From NCBI RefSeq assembly GCF_910592395.1, contig NC_088309.1:22769923-22833922 (forward strand): DNA of 64,000 bases. The letters run 5' to 3'. Below, piece after piece: positions 11,201 through 23,345 of this stretch. Numbering within the stretch: position 1 is the first letter of the stretch; each line of letters opens with the position of its first letter. This DNA is from Lineus longissimus. Lineage: Eukaryota. The position numbers and the translations under genes are program-made. Below the pieces are notes generated by a model that did no database searches, was not told the DNA's origin, and was given only the letters and a program-made list of their open reading frames with translations.

Positions 11201-14200
11201 AATGGGCTCTAGTTCGTGCAGAAAATTCTATTTTACATGCTCATCAATAAAACAAGTGAAATTAAGGAATCATAGCAAGTTTTACTATCAAAGCTCAGTC
11301 ATTGGACAAAACTGCCCTTCTGATGATAGCGAATACTTGCTTTAATGTAGCAAGAACCTGTACCTAAACCAGTGTCAAGAACCTGTACCTCAGAAATGTC
11401 ACAAGTTCTACTTTGAAACCCCAGTCATTGTGGGAAGAAACCCTTACTGGTGTCAGTGAGGACTTGTTTTATTGTAGCACAAAATCCACACCCATTGCCT
11501 TGTAAAATAGACAGTGGGCTTGGTACATTGCGCAAAATATTTATTACATCCGGTAATGATAGAAAGCTTTTTGTATCGTCATCAACATCAGATAACTCAG
11601 GCAACAATGTCGCCTCCGGTGCAAGGAAAAACATTTCCAGTAGTTGTTTCTGTACAAACATGTTTGATAGCTCTGGGATGGGGTGTTCTACAGGTACCTA
11701 AAAAATGTCACAAGTTCTATTATCAGACCCCAGTCATTGTGGGAAGATACCCTTCTGGTGTCAGTGAGGACTTGTTTCGATGTAGCACAAAATCCACACC
11801 CACTGCCTTGTTAAACAGACAGTGGGCTTGGTACATTGCGCAAATGAATGATATGTCTCGTTAAAAAAGATTGGAAAAAACCCTGGAATCCTGTATCGTC
11901 AAAAACCGTCAACTCACATTTTCCTTATCTTCAATTTCCTTTTTCTTGTCAGCTTCCTTCTTCAGTCTCATCTGTTGGAACTGCCAGGCTGCATTCTTGA
12001 TGAAGGCCATGTACCTGGTCCTGAAGTAAAGAAACATAATATCTCAGTAATTGGACAAGCTTTAAAAATATTTACGTGAAACTAGATCAGCTATAAGCCG
12101 GCAAACTTACAACATCAGCGACTGAACAACAGCCGTTATGTCCTTGAGCTCATTATCCTGTAGATAATCTCTCCAAACATCACCCCTGTTCCTCTCCCCC
12201 ACACTCTTCAAGGCATAACATCCACTTCATCTGAGTAGACACTGGAACAATCAACCCATCATTTCGTCCAATACTATTTGGAAATGCATCACCTTTGTTA
12301 CACTTTTTCGACTAACTAAACAGATAGGCCTTTGGTGAAATAAAGTCAAGCAGACATGGGTTTACATGTACGTACTCCACAAATGCCTCAATCAGTTCCT
12401 GTCTGAGGGAGACCAATCGGTGCCTGTGAGCCACTGGGAAGCCTTCCTTCATAACAGCTTTGCTCAGCTCTTCTCCCTCCACTGGAACAACGGATACAGA
12501 AGAGAGACATTAGAGATTGCAAGATCTGAGTGACTGACACAGAAGAGGACATTTATTACAAAACTTAACAATCCAAGAACTGCAGCAAGTTCTACTCTAG
12601 TCACTGGGTGGAAAGCCATACGTAATAAAGCCCTAATTCTACACCCAATGTCGTGTTGATGACAACAATGGGCTGCAGTTGTGCAGAAAATGTTATTTCA
12701 CATGTTTTTCTGAGGAGTTATGTAGCAAGTTCTACTATCAAACTCCAGTCATTGGACAATACAGCCCTTCTGGTGTTAGCGAATACTTGCATCAATGTAG
12801 CACAAATTCTACACCCAGTGTCTTATAGATGGAGACAATGGGCTCTAGTTCGTGCGGAAGTGTAATTCTACATGTTTATAATGTAAATGAAAGTAACTGT
12901 AGCAAGTCCTACAGTCAAACCCCAGTCATTGGACAATACAGCCCTTCTGGTGTTAGCGAATACTTGCATTAATATAGCACAAATTGTACACCAAGTGTCT
13001 TGTGGATGGAGACAATAGGCAGTAGTTTGTGCAGAAAATAGAAATCTATCTATTCTCTCTTTCAAGATAACCAACCACTCATTAAAAGACTGAAATGATA
13101 CTGTTTTACTTACTTGGTAAGAAATTGACATCCGGAGGAAACGTCCGTAGCAGATCAAGGACATAGTGTCTGTTGTCATTACCAACGATACCCTTGCACT
13201 CTACCGAGGACAGCAACTCAACTTCTTCACCCTTCTCATTCAGAACTTTGTGTGGCCTGATTTTGAGATGGGCAGCAGTTTTCTTTAACTGGAAGAAATC
13301 ATAAGGAGTAAAGATTAGATTCAAAAGGATGATACATCAAAAGCGACAGTCGTATGATAAAATCAGTTAAGACATCTGCTCAATCAAACTTACCAATTCT
13401 GCATACTTTTCACTTGTCACTACAGTTTTCCCGAAGTCAATTGATCCATACACAACAGACTGCTCTTGCTCACGCTCCAGAATACCTGAAAATGAGGGAC
13501 AGTTCAGAAAGACATGATAGTAGTCAGCGTTTTACAAACCATCCAAAACGTCTGCATTATCAAAAAAACTTTACACTGTTGAAAGGTATCCAGTCTAGTG
13601 AACGGACAGCCAAGGTATTGAACAAGTTATCCCTCACATAATCTGACATTGGACAAAACTATAACATAGACTGTGTAACAAGACCAGAAAGTTTACCTGG
13701 TATAATGGACTGGGCAGTCACTCGATAACCCCTGTAGTCCACCACAACAGTTCCAAGTGTGAAAAGACCTTCAGCATCAACACTTGCATAAGCTTTCACA
13801 CCTTGCAGATCAGTACCCTACATGAAATCAAGACGGAGAACATTTTGTAAGAAGTGGGAATAAAACTCAGACTAAGCTTTCAGTTGAGTGATAGGACTGG
13901 ATTCGAAACGATGTTGGCGCCTCAGAATTTACCTAAGTTGTCTTCCTTCAGAGCACTGCTTTAAAAGATGGAGGTAGATTGAAACACCACTGCTTTTCAT
14001 TTCAGTAGTAACAATGAGCGTTTAAAACAACCCAGAAACTTAATCAGTGGATTTAGGCCTCATATATGGCTAAAGAAGTACAATGACTTGGGTGTCAGAA
14101 GATGCAAATACACAATACATGAATCAATAGGAATGTACATTAGTCGACTTACAGGGGCAGCATAAGCAGCACTGTCGCCACCAAAGTCCTTGTAGTGATC

Positions 14201-17200
14201 CTTTACATCAAACCCAAGACTGAAGAAGATGTTATTCCAAATGAACATCTGCATCCTGAAATGAAAGACAACTCAATGAATACAACAGATTTACCTCAAA
14301 CATATTTTTAAATCAGGCATGGCGAGAGAGCTGTTTTACAGTTATTTTACAAGAATCCTGTTTCAAAAATGGTTTGCGTCAAGGAACTTTTGGATATGCC
14401 AATATCATTACAGTTGTGTCAGCAACCAGACACTAATTCAATTCAGAATCAATTTGAGACTCACTTGGCAGATTCTCCAGGGTTAATTGCCATGATATTT
14501 CCATCGATGACTGCCATGGCAGCTCTAGTGGCAGCAGCAACAAAGTCACTATGAATTTTAAACACAGCCCTCTCCCTGATCAGCCTCTCTGGTAGATTTG
14601 TTCGAGGGAGTTCTCGGGTTGTCTGTAGTTCCTCGTTCCAGTCCCTCGTCTGACCTGGTATATGTTCTTCACTGGCCAGTTTGCCTGAAAAAGCTGTAAG
14701 GAGCACAATTTTGAGCAAGTATTTTCAAATCAAGGCGAATGTTAATAGTATCACTGCGGCAGTCTGTACAGTGACTTCATATTAAACTCTACTAATCATG
14801 ACTCTGAATTGGAAAATGCATGAAACTGACACCGTCAACTTGTGGATGAAACTTGATATTGCACACTTACAATCTTCAGCTCGGATGAGATCAACATGGT
14901 GCTCTTGGGTTGGGGCAAGCCAACTGTATACTTGGTATGGTGTAGGTACTCTCTCAAACGGATGTTTCTGGGCCCTAGAAAAACAACAAAATAACATAGA
15001 ATATGCATTATGTTAATCTGCCATGAAACTTATTGACAACCTGGCAATTGGCATATCATTCCATGCATAACATCAGTGTTTAGCAAAAGTCTTACCTTTT
15101 TTTCAGTAGGACTGAGAAATTTCTTTTGAAACTTGGACTGATCTGCAAAGCAAAGAAATCATGATTTAGTCACATATTTTAGACAAATCAACAATCACAG
15201 GAAAACCGACGACTGTCCTACATTTTTAGCTTTGAGTCAGGCTCAAGAACAACACACACTGGAAGGACCTGTTGCAATTTTACATATTCATCCCTTGATC
15301 AGCAGGATAACAAATCCAGTATTGTATGGTGCTATTGCTGCTATCAACTCACCTGATTTAGAAGTTCAATTAAGGAATGGCATAGATGCTTGGGTTGAGC
15401 AGCCTTGTGGTTGAAAACTTCATCAGTGGACCTATCAAAAGAAAGTCCAAACGATTACCAGTCTATTTTTTGTGACAACCATGGTCATTGGATCACAATA
15501 TCATCACTGGGGAGAAACATTTGCAAGGAAACTTGTATATTTCGCATTCTGAACAAAGATTCAACAAGTGTGGGAACAGATGAAGTAATCCAACACATGT
15601 GCATAATTCAAGAATAGCACATGTGTGTCATCATGCTTAAGACGTCTTTTCATTAATCACTTGATTAAACGTGAGAGGAGGTCTATCAGCCAAATCCCAA
15701 GCTTGCCACCAGCTGCTGAGAGTAATCAACTTCTCAGTGGATGGTCATAGAATTACAGTGGATTTGTACTTCCATTCACAGAAGATGTCAGTCAGGTGTA
15801 ACGTAACACTCTGCGCAACAAACATGACCTGAAAGTTTTAACTTTGCAACATACAATTTAAGCGACAATTTATTAAGCAATGACTGTCCATATTGCCAGT
15901 CTTTTACAATATGATGCACTCTTATGGACATGGTGCCGTCAGAAGACACACTAACTGCAAGACTATCAAGAGAAATTTGTCATAGCGATGTGATTCATCA
16001 AGATGAGTTCATGATAACAAAATCTCAAGAGTGCGCCTAGACTTTAGTTCTACTTACTGGTTTACAAAGAAGCCGCGTGTTGACGATGTCACATGGAACT
16101 TTTTCTCCTCAAGGGTAACAATATGGAGGTACATGAGATCACCTGGAAAAGAATCTTGTTTTTAATTTCATTTGCACTAATTATAAATGAGATGCTAAAA
16201 TGACTTTAAACTATGAGAAGGACACATTTTCCCCTCAGGCAAGCAAAAATCTAATAATGATCCAATTCGACCTTGTGTACATGATGATATTACACTAAAG
16301 TCCCAGTAACAGGTCCGCCAATCACGTGACTGAATTTGGATAGACCCATGCATACTGTTTTATAACATTGAATCAAGGCCTGCTTACTTACCATGCATTT
16401 TCCTATTGCCAGGTGGTGGATTCCAGCCACTGCATGTCAGCACCTTCAGGCATTGAGGTGCCCTCTGATCTTTGAAGACTGGATGGAGGGGAAGAAATGG
16501 CCGGTCCTTGCTTCCTGGCATTATAAACTCGGGAGGAACACAGTCCATGCTTTCTGGTTTTATCCTTTTCTTATCTGCAATGATGCATAGAATATATTTA
16601 GACTCAGCATTAAGAATTCCGAGACTGTTTTGTATAGCAAGTTAGGGATTATCACATATGAGCTGCATGTATTCAGCACTCAGGACAAGAAATTATATTT
16701 TACCATCACTAACGCTAGTTTCCATTCACTACCGTATAGAGAAGAGCAAGGTTTAAGGTACTTGCGCAAGGACACAAAGACGAAACAGTTGTGATCTTTA
16801 CCCGAGTAAAACGGATGACCTTCTGATTATGAATCTTGAGCTATGCTGAAGACAACTTACCCATTAAATCTCCCATAGTAACTGCATTAAGGAAAGATAA
16901 CGACATGCAGTCAGCACCATTATAAGCATCTGTAGGGTCAACGGACTTCAACAAATCCCGCACATGTCGAACATGAAGCCTTGCCTCGCGCATGGTGTAA
17001 GGCTCTGTAAATAAGCAGAGGAGAAAATAACTATTTTAAATTCTTGCATCAGCATTATGACAAAACAATAATTCATGGAGACACTAACAAAACCAAAACC
17101 TTGCATTATAAAGGAAGTGGAACTGATGACACAACACAGTTCATAATAATAGGAATAGTTGTGCCAGATCAAGTATTTCTAATCTAAAGGCATGAAAAAC

Positions 17201-18784
17201 TGCTTTTGAAAATTTCAAGTGTCAGACCACTATATGATACTACGCAACCCAGAAAATTAACTGCTTTGCTTTACCTTCAACAACTTTAATGACTGAGCCA
17301 TCATTAAGACCATCAATGCTCTTTAGTTCTGCATAGTTGTCAAGAACTGTACCATCCAGCTGTAGAGTGAAACACGTTCTATGGCAGGTTTCTTCTTTAT
17401 CATGTAGCACCTGCTGGATCTCTTGAACCAATTCCATTGAGCTCACCTGGCAAAAAAATATATATGAGAGTCATCGACTTCAACTTTACAGGCCTAAAAA
17501 TTCTTTTCAGAAGGGTACAGTACCAGTTTTTGCCAAAAAGGGTACTTTTGGAATTGGGATCTGGCATGTCTGGACTTTCAAACTACTGGTAAATGCACTT
17601 TAGTAAACTTACTGGCATGTCAAATGGTTCCACACCAGGAGCTTGAATTTGAACCATGAAACTTGTGTCCTGAATAAGAACCACTTCCGGGTCTTTACTT
17701 GCAGGGGTTGTTATCTCGCCATCAACTGCCTCAGCTGGATTGGCAGGTTGTTCAACATCGCCATTGACTGAAATAGAGAAGTCCATCATTATCAATTTTT
17801 GGATCTTGGTGAACCAATGTTTAACCCCTTGGCCTTACACTAAGTTAGTATGTGACTAAGAACTTATACAACCAAGTTTTTCAGAGGTGCACAAGCCCGA
17901 AAAAACAAGTTATTCACTTTCAGAGCTGTTATATTATTATCTCAATTTGTTTTGCAACCTTACAAATTAACAGGAGGCAATAAGCTGCTAGTTGGCGTAA
18001 CCCATTTTTCCACCTTTTATGCCTCGCTTGACAAACTGGGTACATGCGGTACCGGTCGGCCTATACCTTACCACCTATACCTAGTTTATATCATCAGAAT
18101 CGATTACGAATAATGAATGCAAAGCAAGCAAGACGGGACGGGCATGACGGGAGGAGGGGCTATAAATATAATCTCATCGAGAGAGCATGCATGCTCAGGA
18201 TATCCAGTACCAGACCCTGTTCAGGCTAGTGGGCACGATAGACCCTTTTACACCAGTAATAATACCTCCATGCCAGACGGTCTTTTGTCTGCTGCTTGTT
18301 TGTTGTGGCCTTCGGTGGCTTCCTCCGCCTGGTGCGAGGTTGGGATGGGTTGAAAAGTTTCTAGTTGGGCCTGTAGTTCTAAAGTCTCCGCCAGGGGACC
18401 AGGAGACTAACGAGTAGCAGTAGGGCTACTTATCAACTATTGCAAAGGACCCGGGCCGGAGCCAAACACTTACAACACCAAAAATGCATGATTACATTTA
18501 AAAGACAATATTGTTCTTCTTGACAGACTGAGAAGCGTACCATGCAAACGAGACATTCTGTGGGTGGAAAGTCCTTGCGTAAAACGCATGACCTCCAAAA
18601 GTTTAAGAAGGCTACACACTACCACTACCAGGCGAAGCACGTAAAACTGAAATCATCGAACAACCTTACCAGACGCATTTCCCGGTGTGTTCAGTGTTGT
18701 TTCATCATGAGGTGAAATGGCCTGTTCCTTTGGATCACCCATGTCTAAAGTAGGATGTTTTGCTGCGTTTTCAGAGAGCACCAT
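4980..18784 (-). CDS. CLUH: CLUH (clustered mitochondria protein homolog, Clu/TIF31 family): CDS span of a multi-exon gene with more than 20 exons. The start codon is at 18784-18782 and the stop at 4977-4979.
   Basis: Minus-strand exon translations match CLUH along its whole length. The clearest matches are the N-terminal exon [57 protein letters not shown], the stretch [66 protein letters not shown], and the Clu-domain motifs [39 protein letters not shown]...[33 protein letters not shown] and [25 protein letters not shown]-terminal TPR exons are also present ([22 protein letters not shown] / [27 protein letters not shown]), followed by an acidic Ser-rich tail. Confidence 0.9.
5334..5730. mobile_element. 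Foldback or MITE-like element (about 400 bp) in the last CLUH intron, with roughly 95-bp terminal inverted repeats and two internal palindromic hairpins. Both ends are bounded by TTAA.
   Basis: 5334 ttaacaccttcagcgccgaaccacgtagatctacgtggcccaaa... is the reverse complement of ...tttgggccacgtagatatacgtggtttggcgctgaaggtgttaa 5730. Internal palindromes span 5433-5513 and 5543-5634. Confidence 0.7.
6984..7069 (-). CDS. CLUH: CLUH TPR exon ([28 protein letters not shown]).
   Basis: Acceptor gcatttcag and donor gtaagtag. Phase 0 continues from the previous exon to give ...EVALID-SNIGLIL, which matches the TPR consensus. Confidence 0.8.
7253..7322 (-). ncRNA. Candidate intron-encoded box C/D snoRNA, copy 1, in a CLUH intron.
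   Basis: Read on the minus strand the element has a terminal stem CACC...GGTG and a C box AUGAUGA five nt after the stem. A D' box CUGA sits mid-element and a D box CUGA directly precedes the 3' stem strand. It is on the same strand as the host gene. Confidence 0.55.
7382..7507 (-). CDS. CLUH: CLUH C-terminal TPR exon ([42 protein letters not shown]).
   Basis: Acceptor ttcttcag and donor gtgagtac. The 126 nt equal 42 codons. Anchored to the minus ORF 7199-7423. Confidence 0.8.
8341..8415 (-). ncRNA. Candidate intron-encoded box C/D snoRNA, copy 2 (diverged D' guide region).
   Basis: The minus strand reads AGGUUACC-A-AUGAUGA...CUGA(D')...UUGAUUAGUCUUA-CUGA-GGUAACCU. That is a perfect 8-bp terminal stem enclosing the C and D boxes in canonical spacing. 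Confidence 0.6.
8869..8946 (-). ncRNA. Candidate intron-encoded box C/D snoRNA, copy 3 (near-identical to copy 1), about 90 nt upstream of the 3' splice site of the next CLUH exon.
   Basis: Terminal stem GGGU...ACCC, C box AUGAUGA, D' box CUGA and D box CUGA. Both guide regions are conserved with copy 1. Confidence 0.55.
9650..9712 (-). ncRNA. Degenerate or truncated fourth copy of the C/D-like element. The C box and one CUGA are retained but the 3' part is replaced, and it lies about 20 nt upstream of a CLUH 3' splice site.
   Basis: The minus strand reads GGUUACCA-AUGAUGA-caacuugcucuguau-CUGA, then unrelated sequence. Confidence 0.3.
10690..11870. repeat. Tandem array of about 6 copies of a roughly 190-bp satellite or SINE-like monomer (consensus ...aactgtagcaagttctactatcaaaccccagtcattggacaatacagcccttctggtgttagcgaatacttgcattaatgtagcacaaattctacacccagtgtcttatagatggagacaatgggctctagttcgtgcaaaaa...) inside a CLUH intron.
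   Basis: Monomers of 80-95% identity are visible. They generate spurious repeated ORFs such as ...[36 protein letters not shown].... Confidence 0.8.
12560..13040. repeat. Second array of 3 copies of the same roughly 190-bp monomer in the next CLUH intron. The two arrays flank the exons at about 11.9 and 12.45 kb.
   Basis: Same consensus as the array at 10690-11870. Confidence 0.8.
14152..14255 (-). CDS. CLUH: CLUH exon ([34 protein letters not shown]).
   Basis: Acceptor catttcag and donor gtaagtcga. Anchored to the minus ORF 14060-14254. Confidence 0.7.
14464..14693 (-). CDS. CLUH: CLUH central Clu-domain exon ([76 protein letters not shown]).
   Basis: Acceptor cttacag and donor gtgagtctc. 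Anchored to the minus ORF 14461-14718. The motif [18 protein letters not shown] is a Clu-domain hallmark. Confidence 0.85.
16392..16574 (-). CDS. CLUH: CLUH exon 5 ([61 protein letters not shown]).
   Basis: Acceptor cattgcag and donor gtaagtaagc. The 183 nt equal 2 + 60 codons + 1. Confidence 0.8.
16861..17004 (-). CDS. CLUH: CLUH exon 4 ([48 protein letters not shown]).
   Basis: Acceptor tttacag and donor gtaagttg. The 144 nt equal 2 + 47 codons + 1, so the phases match both neighbouring exons. Confidence 0.8.
17275..17446 (-). CDS. CLUH: CLUH exon 3 ([57 protein letters not shown]).
   Basis: Acceptor ttgccag and donor gtaaag. Anchored to the minus ORF 17240-17446. The peptide is close to the vertebrate CLUH N-terminus. 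Confidence 0.85.
17613..17767 (-). CDS. CLUH: CLUH exon 2 ([52 protein letters not shown]).
   Basis: Acceptor tatttcag and donor gtaagt. Codon positions are anchored to the minus ORF 17583-17795. Confidence 0.75.
18670..18784 (-). CDS. CLUH: CLUH coding exon 1 ([38 protein letters not shown]), donor gtaagg; the 5' UTR continues upstream at higher coordinates.
   Basis: The ATG is on the minus strand at 18784-18782. The exon is 115 nt, which is 38 codons plus 1 nt. It joins the next exon in phase to give ...SGVNGDVEQ. Confidence 0.7.
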
Positions 18785-21655
18785 TGGCAAACTAAAAGGA
18801 CGAACACACCAGCCAAAAATCGGAGACACACGTGCAACAACCTTGCTCGGCTTGCAAAGCGAAAGATGGGTGTGTAATTCCGCGACATTAAAATAGTTCT
18901 CCTACTTTTGCTTAGCAGTGTGTTGTATCAAAAGTTTCACATGTGTATTGACTAAACATTCCTTAACCATATATTTTCTGTTCACACTAGGATAAAATGT
19001 TATAAACGTTCACCATGTTCATTGCGTAAAATTTTCTTTGACCTATTTCAAATGTAGAAATGCGCGGTGTGACCCAGATATTTAGAGATTGTTACAAAAG
19101 CAATAAAATTTTCTCTTATAAATCTTGCAGTTTCAAAACCCTAACATATTATGTATTGGACTTCCAAACTCACCCCTAATGAAAAGATTTACGAAACGGG
19201 AACTTGGAATACATCAGTTAGGTGCAAAGTTCACGAAAAAACGTGATTTGACTGTTCCTTTATCTAATTATCACGCTTTATCCTGATTGCTTGTATCACA
19301 TAAAAACATGATTGTGTAATATTGTAAATTGACACAAAAATGTGATTGCGGAATCACACAAAAGCAGGATTAATAGTTACAATTAAAATTTTATAAAAAC
19401 CATAAACATATTTAACAGAGTAACACGCATGTGGCAAGATATTAGATAAATGAGTGATTGTACAAACACTAGGGGAAGTGAAATAAATTAAGTACAATCA
19501 CGGTTTAGCTTGAATGAACCAAATCACGGCCAAGTCTGATTGTATTCAAATCACAACAAAACGGGATAGGGCCTATATACTATCGGAATTTAGTTACCGA
19601 TTTTTCGGGATTGACGAACAGCAGAATTATTTCAGACTGTCAATGCCACTGCAGTTATTCCATATCCTACCTATAAAAACCAAAAATAAGTCGTCCCCCC
19701 CCCCCTCCCCGAATTACTCAGTCGTCCCCCCCCCCCCGACTTGATAAGTCGTCTCGCCCCGAAAAGAATTTTTCGATGTCCTTTCCCAGCCACCGTACTT
19801 GTTCAGGGATTACCTCATTAATTAGACAGTGGCGTCACTATCGGGAAAATTGGGCATTCAGATGTCCAAACTCGCCCAGTGCCGAAATTAAAAAGGAACG
19901 AAATCAGCGCCTCTAGTGTCAAGATTTGCAGATGTTCAAAAGTCACAACCCAATGGTTCGAAACCCGACCGGGAAGCAAGTTATTGAGTAGTCCACTGCG
20001 GCAATAATTGTGTGTCAAAACCAGCACTTAGGAATATTAACCGGATTCCAAAATTCTATTGGTAGGTTATTCCATTTAATTATCACCGTATTTCTTACTT
20101 CCGTACTACTTATTTTGCCACTGTCGTCACATTGAAACATTGTATTTCAGTACAGTACACATGATACACACGAGTATGATTTGTACTATGTACAAGCTAA
20201 TACTGGATTCGCGTGCAAATAGTATATTTAGCTGTTCCCCATTTCCCCATTGTAAGGCATCTTTTGGAAGTGCCCCAATCAGGTACCTATACCTATAACT
20301 AAGGGGACACTACACGTGTGCCTTCATATTTCCTCGGACGGTAAAGGGGGACAGGGGTCATTATACATAAGTTCAAGACTCGTGTGGAAACAGGAAAGGG
20401 AAACGTTTTTCAAGATAACTCGTGCATCCCCCCCCCCCCCACATTTAAATTGCTAAGGGTGAGGGTCAGGGCCAGGCATGTGGTATGTAAACATGTTCAC
20501 AAAGGTACATCGCCATTAAAGAAGGAGTGTCTCAGGATAATGCCAGACCATCACTTGGCAAATGGAGCTACAGCTATACATCTGACACCAAAAACTCATG
20601 CGTGTCATATCAACAGATTACATCACTGACCTCTTCTTATTACAAAATGCAAGAAAACACTGTAACACTGCATCAGGGCGATCAGTGTCTCTACTCCCCG
20701 CGCCCACTTCGGAGTTCCCGGAGATAACAAATAAACAATGTCATTTGCACAGGAGAACTAAAAAGATATCGAGGATTTTGGACGTGCCATGCATTTTTTA
20801 TGTGTTTGACACAGGGTACAGGAATACTAACCTGGGAGAAATAATGAGACTGCACCAACCCCCAGGAGATTTGGGAAGTCACTGTCTACCTTCAATGAAC
20901 ATATACATCACACCAGGAGTCAAGTTAGTTCTGTTAGGTTACCGCACATAATCACCAATTTGTCCTTTGAAAGCTGTTAGAATAATAAGACAGGACATTC
21001 TAAGTCCAACATACTAGCCAACCAAACCTTGTATGCAGTGAAGTCCAGTGGGGAAGAGATAGGCCTACTAATTCAGCGGTGCCTTACTTTAGAAATATGG
21101 TAAGTTTGGAAATTTCTGGTGTAATACCATTCCTGTTTGTGGGATAATGCTCACTTATGCTATTGATTTGATTGAAAAAAATGGATGAAGATTGCTTCTG
21201 AAACTCTGATACAGGAGGCCAAGTAGGAACTAATAGGCATATTAATAGTGTTGGTATTGTTTGTCAGCAAATTTAGACCAGCAGCACAATGTGAGAAATT
21301 ATGACCTAAATTGTTGGACTTTTCTCAGTTGAAAGAATCACGACTTATGAAAAAAGTGTAACATAATACACACACTTGAGACCATTTGCCAACTATGACA
21401 GGATGTGCTTTCTGTTCTCAGTATTATTTCTGTCTTCAGTGTCATCATGGCTAAGGTTTGTTTAGCTGTGCTTGTAAATTACTTATAGACTTTCAGTGTT
21501 TTGGATATCTTGTACTGGTTACTTTCTTGATAAGCTGAGCTGACCGCCTTCAGGAAACAACCTCAAACCTTTTGACCAAACTCAGTCATGTTCACATTCC
21601 AGCTCAAACTAATATTACATTCCACCAATTCTCAGTGTTTTACGTCTCTTTCCAG

Positions 21656-21713
21656 GAGTCTTCCAGTTCCTGCGAAAGTTTACCTCAAGAAAGCGGCCTC
21701 ATGCCTGGAGAGA
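21656..21713 (+). CDS. TNFAIP8/TIPE-family gene, upstream exon carrying the probable start codon (ATG CCT GGA GAG A|gtaagta). The exon ends in phase 1.
   Basis: Acceptor ttccag at 21655 and donor gtaagta at 21714. The final A joins TG at 22777-22778 to create an in-frame ATG, giving MPGE-M-AEAGAGF.... Confidence 0.45.
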
Positions 21714-22776
21714 GTAAGTAGTTATTTACCCTTAACCCTTTAAGTGCCTCATGTCTTTGAGCCTTCACTTGGAAGAGATCAAAATTACACTTGACTTGCC
21801 TCATAGGGCATGTTAGGCTAATTGATTTGTGTTTCGCCCTCACCAACATCCCTTGTGCAGTGTTTGATTGATTATGTTTTGAAACTCTTCTGCTATAAGG
21901 CCAATTCAAGAGCTCTCATAATATTGATCAGTGTTTTCCAAAATGTGTGGTGTGCTTAGCTGATCAACTGGAGGTATATGTTTCGGATGTTCTGGCAGTT
22001 TTGAATACTATCACTATTAGGCCTTACATGTATTGTATCATGATGCTGCCTGATCACAGCAATCGTTGAATTGTTATTTCGATATGTCGAATAGGTGGTT
22101 ATACATTTATGATTGCTATGAAAGTATACAAATCTGTGACCTTATAACATAGAGCATGGTTCAGCAGTAATGGCAGATATGGATGTTCAAAGCTTTATTG
22201 ACCCATACACTACATGTCAAGCAATTGTGTTGCATCATGTCACAACTGACCTCTGTACTGTGGCATACTTTCTGCCTGACTTGAGACTTGATACATGACT
22301 GTATACATGTCATCCTTTCCACTAATACACTCACAAGACTGTCCAGGAAATAAACAGAGAATTGTTCTGAAGGGAAAAAAGACGAATATGAAAGGACAAA
22401 TTTTCCGGGAGATGATTAGTCCTCAGGATAAATGGTCTCACAGTTAATAGTCCCAGGGGGATAGGGCAAATTATTCTCTGGCGTTTTTAAGCACAACATT
22501 AAAGTCGCTAATGGTACAAATTTACTGTTTTGTTTCCATGTACATGTACTGTCGTTTGTAGGTTCCCATCCACCTAATTGAACTGAACCACTCCATTCTT
22601 GGTCAGCTGAGCGTCATGATTCTTAGGCCTCTTGTTGCTATACACTGTAGTTTGTTTCAGAGTACTGAATGGGGATGCTGCAACAGCCATTGGACTTAGG
22701 TCGTATATAATGACTTCAACTTGCATTCACCTTAAGTTCGTAATCATCTCATAAACGATATCATTTGTCTTTGCAG

Positions 22777-23345
22777 TGGCTGAAGCTGGCGCTGGGTTCG
22801 ATTCAAAGGGCTTTGGCCTGAAAGCTCAAAAGAAGTTACTTAGCAAGATGTCGACCAGAAAGATTCTGAAAGCTTTCATTGATGACACAACAAGTAGGGT
22901 CTTGGACAATCTGTATCGCATCGCAAAGGACTACAAAGGGAAAAAAGAAGCTGAAAAAATCATGAAAAACATCATTAAAATTGTTGTCAAAATCGGAATA
23001 CTCTATCGCAATGACCAGTTTGATACGCATGAGCTAACCATCGCTGAACAATTCAAACGAAAGTTTCGTTCCTTGGTGCTGACGATCATTAGTTTCCATG
23101 AAGTAGATTTCACTTTTGACAGAAATTATCTCTCCGGACTTATCAACGAGTGCAGCGAGATGTTGCACAAATTGATTGCACGCCATTTGACGGCAAAGTC
23201 ACAGGGACGTGTGGATAATGTGTTCTCATTTTTCTCGGAGGCAAATTTCTTAGAGGTAATGTTCTCACCTGATGGCAAATACAAAGACACACTGAAAGTT
23301 ATCGTCAAAGATCTGGAAAAAATGATGGATGATGGCATCTTATGA
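22777..23345 (+). CDS. TNFAIP8: TNFAIP8-like (TIPE family) main coding exon, with stop at 23343-23345.
   Basis: The 189-aa frame carries the TIPE-family signatures ...KKLLSKMSTRKILKAFIDDTTSRVLDNLYRIAKDYKGKKEAEKIMKNIIKIVVKIGILYRNDQFDTHELTIAEQFKRKFRSLVLTIISFHEVDFTFDRNYLSGLINECSEMLHKLIARHLTAKSQGRVDNVFSFF...KVIVKDLEKMMDDGIL. An acceptor ttgtctttgcag lies at 22771-22776. There is no in-frame ATG at the exon start. Confidence 0.85.

Noticed and set aside
10824-12865. Plus-strand ORFs (10888-11250, 11514-11864, 12653-12865 and others) with internally repeated peptides.
   Set aside because: They are generated by the 190-bp tandem satellite monomers being read through. There are no splice signals and no homology. 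They are intronic to CLUH on the opposite strand.
18044-18417. Overlapping plus-strand ORFs (61-78 aa) in CLUH intron 1.
   Set aside because: They have no homology, their reading frames overlap, and they lie inside an intron of a minus-strand gene. The region is better explained as an uncharacterised repeat or intronic sequence.
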